A DNA stretch of 64,000 nt. Origin: Balanoglossus misakiensis (taxonomy: Eukaryota > Animalia > Hemichordata). Of this stretch, positions 54,701 to 64,000 are shown piece after piece. A program made the position numbers and the translations under genes. Under the pieces are notes generated by a model that was not told where the DNA came from, ran no database searches, and saw only the letters and a program-made list of their open reading frames with translations. Every line of letters starts with the position of its first letter. The first letter of the stretch is position 1. Where the stretch lies: the NCBI GenBank assembly GCA_040954595.2, contig CM082579.2, forward strand, positions 678,922-742,921, written 5' to 3'.

Positions 54701-56301
54701 GATTTTCCTGAGCTATAACCCATGATTTTTTCAAAAAATGACCAAATTTCGAAAGTTCGCAAAGTCGAAAAATCGTCGATTTTTGGCGATTTTCCTGAGC
54801 TATAACCCATGATTTTTTCAAAAAATGACCAAATTTCGAAAATTCCCGAAGTCGAAAAATCGTCGATTTTTGACGATTTTCCTGAGCCATAACCCATGAT
54901 TTTTTCAAAAAATGGCCAAATTTCGAAAATTCCCGGAGTCGAAAAATCGTCGATTTTTGACGATTTTCCTGAGCTATAACCCATGATTTTTTCAAAAAAT
55001 GACCAAATTTCGAAAGTTCGCGAAATCGAAAAATCGTCGATTTTTGACGATTTTCCTGAGCTATAACCCATGATTTTTTCAAAAAATGACCAAATTTCGA
55101 AAATTCGCGAAGTCGTAAAATCGTCGATTTTTGACGATTTTCCTGAGCTATAACCCATGATTTTTTCAAAAAATGACCAAATTTCGAAAATTCCCGAAGT
55201 CGAAAAATCGTCGATTTTTGACGATTTTCCTGAGCTATAACCCATGATTTTTTCAAAAAATGACCAAATTTCGAAAGTTCGCGAAGTCGAAAAATCGTCG
55301 ATTTTTGACGATTTTCCTGAGCTATAACCCATGATTTTTTCAAAAAATGACCAAATTTCGAAAGTTCGCAAAGTCGAAAAATCGTCGATTTTTGACGATT
55401 TTCCTGAGCTATAACCCATGAATTTTTCAAAAAATGACCAAAATTCGAAAGTTCGCGAAGTCGAAAAATCGTCGATTTTTGACGATTTTCCTGAGCTATA
55501 ACCCATGATTTTTTTCAAAAAATGACCAAATTTCGAAAATTCGCGAAGTCGAAAAATCGTCGATTTTTGACGATTTTCCTGAGCTATAACCCATGATTTT
55601 TTCAAAATATGACCAAATTTCGAAAGTTCGCGAAGTCGAAAAATCGTCGATTTTTGACGATTTTCCTGAGCTATAACCCATGATTTTTTCAAAAAATGAC
55701 CAAATTTCGAAAGTTCGCAAAGTCGAAAAATCGTCGATTTTTGACGATTTTCCTGAGCTATAACCCATGAATTTTTCAAAAAATGACCAAAATTCGAAAG
55801 TTCGCGAAGTCGAAAAATCGTCGATTTTTGACGATTTTCCTGAGCTATAACCCATGATTTTTTTCAAAAAATGACCAAATTTCGAAAATTCGCGAAGTCG
55901 AAAAATCGTCGATTTTTGACGATTTTCCTGAGCTATAACCCATGATTTTTTCAAAATATGACCAAATTTCGAAAGTTCGCGAAGTCGAAAAATCGTCGAT
56001 TTTTGACGATTTTCCTGAGCTATAACCCATGATTTTTTCAAAAAATGACCAAATTTCGAAAGTTCGCAAAGTCGAAAAATCGTCGATTTTTGGCGATTTT
56101 CCTGAGCTATAACCCATGATTTTTTCAAAAAATGACCAAATTTCGAAAGGTCGCAAAGTCGAAAAATCGTCGATTTTTGACGATTTTCCTGAGCTATAAC
56201 CCATGAATTTTTCAAAAAATGACCAAAATTCGAAAATTCCCGAAGTCGAAAAATCGACGATTTTTCACGATTTTTGACGATTTTCCTGAGCTATAACCCA
56301 T
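42760..56301 (+). repeat. 87-bp satellite array A (~155 monomers)
   Basis: The consensus GAGCTATAACCCATGA(T/A)TTTTTCAAAAAATGACCAAA(T/A)TTCGAAA(A/G)TTC(CCG/GCA)AAGTCGAAAAATCGTCGATTTTTGACGATTTTCCT repeats head to tail with high homogeneity. Confidence 0.99.
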
Positions 56302-56310
56302 TTTTGACGA

Positions 56311-56435
56311 ATCATGGGTTATAGCTCAGGAAAATCATCCAAAATTGAAAATTTTTCGACTTTGCGAATTTTCAAAATTTGGTCATTTTTTGAAAAAAAT
56401 CATTGGTTATAGCTCATGAAAATCATTCAAAATTA
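56311..56435 (-). repeat. Inverted ~1.4 satellite monomers closing array A
   Basis: ATCATGGGTTATAGCTCAGGAAAATC... is the reverse complement of the monomer. Its diagnostic variants match 60511-60630. Confidence 0.95.
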
Positions 56436-58088
56436 AGGGCAAATTCCAAATAGGACAATGAAAGGAACTGGCAACACGCTTGTATTGATAGCAATTGGAG
56501 TAATTTTTGTCGAAGTGGTAAAATTGGACCCTCCAAACAAATGCAGATATTTGAAAATGTTTTTATTCTGATTCTGTGTCAGCACTTTTTGGTTAGGGTC
56601 ACGTGACGTTACTTGAGACACGTCAGAGCAAAGTTTTCGCTGCTGATTGGTTGAAGCCACGTGGACCATCTCCACTTGGAAATTTCCGTGTAGCCTTCCG
56701 TGCATTTTCATTTGAGAGTCAGACGGCCACGCTGCTACACGGACCACGAGAAGATGCGGAGAACTCTGCCCCCCAAACAGAGTTTCTCCGCTGGATAGTT
56801 TTCACGACGACAGCGGTAAGTAAAGTAACAGAAGTAGACACATTTACTCAATTTTGGACCAGAAGCATGGGTTATTCTGTGGCGAGTTACGGACAACTAA
56901 AAAGCCAGACGTCTACACCACAGAATTGAAAAATTGAATGCGTCACAGTCGGACAGCTCGAGTCAGCGCTGCCCTGCTTTTTAATTCACAAATTCCCGCA
57001 CCCATTCGCGTTACTAATGATATACGGTCTATCAAAGACAAGTCGGTGTTTTAGCTCTACTGGTGGGCAGCATTTTTTACATAAAAGAACAAGGTAGTTT
57101 TTCGGGAAAGGGGAGGGGGGCTACGATGAATTGGTAGCGGGTTCGATGAATTGACAGCTACAGCGGGTACACGTGCAGTCAGCGTGTTTTCGGGTGTAAA
57201 TGAATGCAAAATTTGTATTATACTACCAGACAATGGCAAAAGTAGTAGGCTTTGAAACGCTTCATTGGAAACAGTTATTTTTGAGTGTGTGTCCGTGCAG
57301 TCTTTGCCAAAAATATTTTTGTCGGATTTAAAAATTTTCCGCTTGGCTGTAGGCCTAAACTTGAAAATATGTAAATGTTCATAGTGCCATGCCGGGGTTT
57401 TAGACTACTTGTCTGACAACGAAGCCCTACAACACATATTGTCGTCGTGTATGATGTACAATATGCGAATGAACAACAGTTTAGCGTGCGGTAATCACGG
57501 TTGATATTTGGTTTCGTGTACATGTATGTGGATAGGCATTCATTTTTTTTCCTCATTTTGCAGATTGGAGGCCCCGGTGAACTGATGGTGTACGTTCAAC
57601 GCGGATGCTATGATGTTACAAGCATGATGTCAAAGTAAGCGGTATTAGCCAAGTTTTTTGGGCAATTTTTAAGAACTTTCAACGATTCTGACTGGTGCCG
57701 GTAGCCAGTTCAGCGAACCGATTTTGCACAAATCTGAAGAATGCAACAATGCGGATGCTATATGGATGTCATTTTAAAGTTTTAAAGACCAACAGGACTA
57801 CATGCTCGGTGCATGGGTCATTTTGTTACGGCACCAACAAGTTCATTGGCTTTGAATGCTTCGAAAGGTGCTCGTTGTTGTGAGTGTGTGTGCATGTGTG
57901 TCACGGTAAGTTGTACGGTATATTTGGGCCATGCAACTAGCCTACAATGAGGTGAGCGTTTGTATGATCCATGGCTGAATGAAGACCAGTGGATTATATG
58001 AGGCTTAAAACAAGTAAGTTATATAGACATAAATAAAATCCCCGGGGCGGGTGGGTCCCATCCCTCAGACCGACGGTTTAATATAATA

Positions 58089-59001
58089 AATACAGGTTTT
58101 TTCAGACATGTCATCTTTCGTCATTTTTCAATAAAAACATAAAAACATACACGTTGTACTGATAAACTGAGTGGTTTATTTCCGTACCGATCATCTTCAA
58201 GCGTGCGTATTTACTAGTAGTTAATACAGGTATTGTCAGAGTTGTCATCTTTCGTCATTTTTCAATAAAAAAATAAAAACATACACGTTGTACTGATAAA
58301 CTGAGTGGTTTATTTCCGTACCGATCATCTTCAAGCGTGCGTATTTAGTAGTAGTTAATACAGGTATTGTCAGAGTTGTCATCTTTCGTCATTTTTCAAT
58401 AAAAAAATAAAAACATACACGTTGTACTGATAAACTGAGTGGTTTATTTCCGTACCGATCATCTTCAAGCGTGCGTATTTACTAGTAGTTAATACAGGTA
58501 TTGTCAGAGTTGTCATCTTTCGTCATTTTTCAATAAAAAAATAAAAACATACACGTTGTACTGATAAACTGAGTGGTTTATTTCCGTACCGATCATCTTC
58601 AAGCGTGCGTATTTAGTAGTAGTTAATACAGGTATTGTCAGAGTTGTCATCTTTCGTCATTTTTCAATAAAAAAATAAAAACATACACGTTGTACTGATA
58701 AACTGAGTGGTTTATTTCCGTACCGATCATCTTCAAGCGTGCGTATTTAGTAGTAGTTAATACAGGTATTGTCAGAGTTGTCATCTTTCGTCATTTTTCA
58801 ATAAAAAATTAAAAACATACACGTTGTACTGATAAACTGAGTGGTTTATTTCCGTACCGATCATCTTCAAGCGTGCGTATTTAGTAGTAGTTAATACAGG
58901 TATTGTCAGAGTTGTCATCTTTCGTCATTTTTCAATAAAAAATTAAAAACATACACGTTGTACTGATAAACTGAGTGGTTTATTTCCGTACCGATCATCT
59001 T
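58089..59001 (+). repeat. 134-bp minisatellite, ~6.8 near-identical copies
   Basis: TTAATACAGG recurs at 58221, 58355, 58489, 58623, 58757 and 58891, an exact 134-bp period. Confidence 0.98.
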
Positions 59002-59009
59002 GAATATTA

Positions 59010-59625
59010 GACATTCACTTTCATTTGCTTGTTTTGCAGATGCAGAGACCAGAGTTTTTATCGCCATGCAGCGGTATAGCTGGGGAGGTAAGGGCAGGCA
59101 TGTTCCGTGGCCGAACGATCATGAATATTACATACATTCACTTCATTTCCTTGTTTTGCAGATCCAGAGACGAGATCAACTCATAATAGTATTCATCAAC
59201 AAAGCTGGGGCCTAAGCTACTAGTTGCTTTCGCTATACATAACAGCAGTACAGCTGGCCTGTGCGGTAAGGGAAGTATCTTCAATGGCTGAACGATACTT
59301 TGTGGTACGGTGATCGCGGTAGACGTTTTCTTTCGTGTTCATGAATATTCACTTTCATTTGCTTGTTTTGCAGATGCAGAGACCAGAGGTTTTTTTCGCC
59401 ATGCAGCGGTATAGCTGTGGAGGTAAGGGCAGGTATGTTCCGTGGCCGAACGATCATGAATATTACATACGTTCATTTTATTTCCTTGATTTGCAGATCC
59501 AGAGACGAGATCAAGTTATAATGGTATTCATCAACAAAGCTGGGGCCTAAGTTACTTGTCTTTTCGCCATACAGCAGTACAGCTGGGTGCGGTAAGGGCA
59601 GTATCTTCAATGGCTAAACGAAGAC
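59010..59625 (+). repeat. Tandem duplication of a ~334-bp two-exon module
   Basis: ATTCACTTTCATTTGCTTGTTTTGCAGATGCAGAGACCAGAG occurs at about 59013 and 59347, and TTGCAGATCCAGAGACGAGATCAA at about 59156 and 59491. Confidence 0.95.
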
Positions 59626-60480
59626 CAGAGGTTTCAAGTAAGGTTTGACAAACGATATAGACATCAAAGCCCCTTATTTCATGCATGGTGGCCATTTTGA
59701 AGTGTTTTTTTTTTCGATTCAGACTGATGCCTGCATGTAACAATATGTGGATGTCAATTCAATGTTGTAAAATCGATCCGACTGCTAGGTGTGGCCAGTT
59801 TGTTATGGCAGAAACATGTTCGCCATCTTTGTAGGACACATTCCGTTTACATACTTTTCTTTTATTCCAGAGATTCCATAGATGATGCTAAGATGATTGC
59901 CAGCCCGTGTGATTGATGTCCAGAGATTACCGTATGGTTGTGGGAAGGTAAGAATTGAGTGAACGAAATCTCTTTCGTTGTGGTAGAATTTAATCAAGTT
60001 GCCAAATAGAGAGTGACATTCTAGGCAGCCATACAGATTTGCATGATGTACCTTGTGCGAATAAACAACAATTGGCGTACAGTGGTGATCATGCTTTCAT
60101 GTCCATTGATATTATAGACATTCATTAATTTTCTACATTGCTTGTTTTGCAGATGCAAAGACCAGATGGGTATCCGGCAACCATGCTTAGTACGAAGTGT
60201 GAATTTACCGCGATGCAGCTGTAACTGTTACTGGCAGTCTGCAGTGACCACCTAACATCCAATGACAATAGTATTTCCTCTGATGTTTACCAAGCTCATG
60301 ACTTGATTGTGTATATTACAACTCATTGATTTTCTTTGCCTTTTTTATATTGTAAGTCTACAGATAACACTGTATACATGTATCCTCTTGTTTATGGTTT
60401 CAAAATTTTGAGATTAAAATTTTCGATGGACTAGATTAAACTGCAATACTTGTGTCTGTTTCATTTTATTACCCCAAATA

Positions 60481-63400
60481 GAAAATTCGCAAAGTCGAAA
60501 AAGTGTCATTTTTAATTGATTTTCATGAGCTATAACCCATGATTTTTTTCAAAAAATGACCAAATTTTGAAATTCGCAAAGTCGAAAAATCGTCAATTTT
60601 GGATGATTTTCATGAGCTATAACCCATGATTTTTATCAAATAATGACCAAATTTTGAAAATTCGCACAGTCGAAAAATCGTCAATTTTGCATGATTTTCT
60701 TGAGCTATAACCCATGATTTTTATCAAAAAATGACCAAGTTTTGAAAATTCGCAAAGTCGAAAAATCGTCGATTTTTGACGATTTTCCTGAGCTATAACC
60801 CATGATTTTTTCAAAAAATGACCAAATTTCGAAAGTTCGCAAAGTCGAAAAATCGTCGATTTTTGACGATTTTCCTGAGCTATAACCCATGATTTTTTCA
60901 AAAAATGACCAAATTTCGAAAGTTCGCAAAGTCGAAAAATCGTCGATTTTTCACGATTTTCCTGAGCTATAACCCATGATTTTTTCAAAAAATGACCAAA
61001 TTTCGAAAGTTCGCAAAGTCGAAAAATCGTCGATTTTTGACGATTTTCCTGAGCTATAACCCATGATTTTTTCAAAAAATGACCAAATTTCGAAAGTTCG
61101 CAAAGTCGAAAAATCGTCGATTTTTCACGATTTTCCTGAGCTATAACCCATGATTTTTTCAAAAAATGACCAAATTTCGAAAGTTCGCAAAGTCGAAAAA
61201 TCGTCGATTTTTGACGATTTTCCTGAGCTATAACCCATGATTTTTTCAAAAAATGACCAAAATCCGAAAATCCGCAAAGTCGAAAAATCGTCGATTTTTG
61301 ACGATTTTCCTGAGCTATAACCCATGATTTTTATCAAATAATGACCAAATTTTGAAAATTCGCACAGTCGAAAAATCGTCGATTTTGCATGATTTTCTTG
61401 AGCTATAACCCATGATTTTTATCAAAAAATGACCAAGTTTTGAAAATTCGCAAAGTCGAAAAATCGTCGATTTTTGACGATTTTCCTGAGCTATAACCCA
61501 TGATTTTTTCAAAAAATGACCAAATTTCGAAAGTTCGCAAAGTCGAAAAATCGTCGATTTTTGACGATTTTCCTGAGCTATAACCCATGATTTTTTCAAA
61601 AAATGACCAAATTTCGAAAGTTCGCAAAGTCGAAAAATCGTCGATTTTTGACGATTTTCCTGAGCTATAACCCATGATTTTTTCAAAAAATGACCAAATT
61701 TCGAAAGTTCGCAAAGTCGAAAAATCGTCGATTTTTGACGATTTTCCTGAGCTATAACCCATGATTTTTTCAAAAAATGACCAAATTTCGAAAGTTCGCA
61801 AAGTCGAAAAATCGTCGATTTTTGACGATTTTCCTGAGCTATAACCCATGATTTTGTCAAAAAATGACCAAAATCCGAAAATCCGCAAAGTCGAAAAATC
61901 GTCGATTTTTGACGATTTTCCTGAGCTATAACCCATGATTTTTTCAAAAAATGACCAAATTTCGAAAGTTCGCAAAGTCGAAAAATCGTCGATTTTTGAC
62001 GATTTTCCTGAGCTATAACCCATGATTTTTTCAAAAAATGACCAAATTTCGAAAGTTCGCAAAGTCGAAAAATCGTCGATTTTTGACGATTTTCCTGAGC
62101 TATAACCCATGATTTTTTCAAAAATTGACCAAATTTCGAAAGTTCGCAAAGTCTAAAAATCGTCGATTTTTGACGATTTTCCTGAGCTTTAACCCATGAA
62201 TTTTTCAAAAAATGACCAAATTTCGAAAGTTCGCAAAGTCGAAAAATCGTCGATTTTTGACGATTTTCCTGAGCTATAACCCATGATTTTTTCAAAAAAT
62301 GACCAAATTTCGAAAGTTCGCGAAGTCGAAAAATCGTCGATTTTTGACGATTTTCCTGAGCTATAACCCATGATTTTTTCAAAAAATGACCAAATTTCGA
62401 AAGTTCGCAAAGTCGAAAAATCGTCGATTTTTGACGATTTTCCTGAGCTATAACCCATGATTTTTTAAAAAAATGACCAAATTTCGAAAGTTCGCAAAGT
62501 CTAAAAATCGTCGATTTTTGACGATTTTCCTGAGCTTTAACCCATGAATTTTTCAAAAAATGACCAAATTTCGAAAGTTCGCAAAGTCGAAAAATCGTCG
62601 ATTTTTGACGATTTTCCTGAGCTATAACCCATGATTTTTTCAAAAAATGACCAAATTTCGAAAGTTCGCGAAGTCGAAAAATCGTCGATTTTTGACGATT
62701 TTCCTGAGCTATAACCCATGATTTTTTCAAAAAATGACCAAATTTCGAAAGTTCGCAAAGTCGAAAAATCGTCGATTTTTGACGATTTTCCTGAGCTATA
62801 ACCCATGATTTTTTCAAAAAATGACCAAATTTCGAAAATTCGCAAAGTCGAAAAATCGTCGATTTTTGACGATTTTCCTGAGCTATAACCCATGATTTTT
62901 TCAAAAAATGACCAAATTTCGAAAGTTCGCAAAGTCGAAAAATCGTCGATTTTTGACGATTTTCCTGAGCTATAACCCATGATTTTTTCAAAAAATGACC
63001 AAATTTCGAAAGTTCGCAAAGTCGAAAAATCGTCGATTTTTGACGATTTTCCTGAGCTATAACCCATGATTTTTTCAAAAAATGACCAAAATCCGAAAAT
63101 CCGCAAAGTCGAAAAATCGTCGATTTTTGACGATTTTCCTGAGCTATAACCCATGATTTTTTCAAAAAATGACCAAATTTCGAAAGTTCGCAAAGTCGAA
63201 AAATCGTCGATTTTTGACGATTTTCCTGAGCTATAACCCATGATTTTTTCAAAAAATGACCAAATTTCGAAAGTTCGCAAAGTCGAAAAATCGTCGATTT
63301 TTGACGATTTTCCTGAGCTATAACCCATGATTTTTTCAAAAATTGACCAAATTTCGAAAGTTCGCAAAGTCTAAAAATCGTCGATTTTTGACGATTTTCC

Positions 63401-64000
63401 TGAGCTTTAACCCATGAATTTTTCAAAAAATGACCAAATTTCGAAAGTTCGCAAAGTCGAAAAATCGTCGATTTTTGACGATTTTCCTGAGCTATAACCC
63501 ATGATTTTTTCAAAAAATGACCAAATTTCGAAAGTTCGCAAAGTCGAAAAATCGTCGATTTTTGACGATTTTCCTGAGCTATAACCCATGATTTTTTCAA
63601 AAAATGACCAAATTTCGAAAATTCGCAAAGTCGAAAAATCGTCGATTTTTGACGATTTTCCTGAGCTATAACCCATGATTTTTTCAAAAAATGACCAAAT
63701 TTCGAAAGTTCGCAAAGTCGAAAAATCGTCGATTTTTGACGATTTTCCTGAGCTATAACCCATGATTTTTTCAAAAAATGACCAAATTTCGAAAATTCGC
63801 AAAGTCGAAAAATCGTCGATTTTTGACGATTTTCCTGAGCTATAACCCATGATTTTTTCAAAAAATGACCAAATTTCGAAAGTTCGCAAAGTCAAAAAAT
63901 CGTCGATTTTTGACGATTTTCCTGAGCTATAACCCATGATTTTTTTCAAAAAATGACCAAATTTCGAAAATTAGCAAAGTCGAAAAATCGTCGATTTTTG
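60481..64000 (+). repeat. 87-bp satellite array B (~40 monomers, continues beyond the window)
   Basis: It has the same monomer and orientation as array A, is dominated by the GAAAGTTCGCAAAG variant, and its first monomers are diverged. Confidence 0.99.

Larger units (their letters stand above)
56598..60460 (+). ncRNA. Cassette copy 2: putative spliced non-coding transcription unit embedded in satellite
   Basis: Promoter-like motifs are GTCACGTGAC (56598), an inverted CCAAT (56646) and CCACGTGG (56657), followed by a GTAAGT donor at 56816. Exon-like pieces bounded by polypyrimidine-TGCAG and GTAAG lie at 57564-57634, 59040-59087, 59162-59265, 59374-59422 and 59497-59591. A last acceptor precedes 60153, and ATTAAA occurs at 60413 and 60435. 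No consistent reading frame exists. Transcription is inferred, not shown. Confidence 0.4.

Noticed and set aside
42706-56215. Giant minus-strand ORFs (up to 1189 aa) of repeating MGYSSGKSSKIDDF / KKSWVIAQENRQKSTIF
   Set aside because: The monomer is 87 bp (29 codons) and happens to lack stops in two frames. Single-base indels swap frames freely, two overlapping frames are equally open, and there are no unique termini. This is a satellite artefact, not a repeat protein.
59000-59550. Paired 71-aa ORFs ending QIQRRDQ..VFINKAGA as a duplicated small-protein gene
   Set aside because: The similarity is explained by the DNA duplication. The ORFs run through polypyrimidine/acceptor and donor motifs, start at non-ATG codons and differ in frame in their first half.
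60617-63949. The same repeat ORFs in array B
   Set aside because: Same periodicity artefact as in array A.
42760-64000. CRISPR-like appearance (regular repeats with palindromes)
   Set aside because: There are no unique spacers, the whole unit repeats, there are no cas genes, and the context is eukaryotic and intron-containing.

Overview
This is AT-rich metazoan genomic DNA with GT-AG introns, probably from an invertebrate deuterostome (inference from protein style). Bases 1-11.8 kb hold a head-to-head gene pair that the ORF track misses because it is spliced: the 5' end of beta-sarcoglycan (SGCB, minus strand) and a complete 11-exon, 518-aa mitochondria-eating protein gene (SPATA18/Mieap, plus strand). 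About 23 kb without recognisable coding sequence follows, then an intronless 539-aa muscarinic-like aminergic GPCR (35114-36733). From about 39 kb the window is a composite repeat system. Two diverged copies of a unique-sequence cassette (about 39.0-42.0 kb and 56.6-60.5 kb) each contain a promoter-like head, short non-coding exon modules with canonical splice sites, and an AATAAA-bearing minisatellite. Each cassette is followed by an array of an 87-bp CpG-rich, palindrome-rich satellite (42.4-56.3 kb and 60.5 kb to the window end). The second cassette sits between inverted satellite arms, like a foldback element. The very long minus-strand ORFs are by-products of the 87-bp (29-codon) periodicity. 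All calls come from reading the sequence and from recalled protein motifs; no database search was run.
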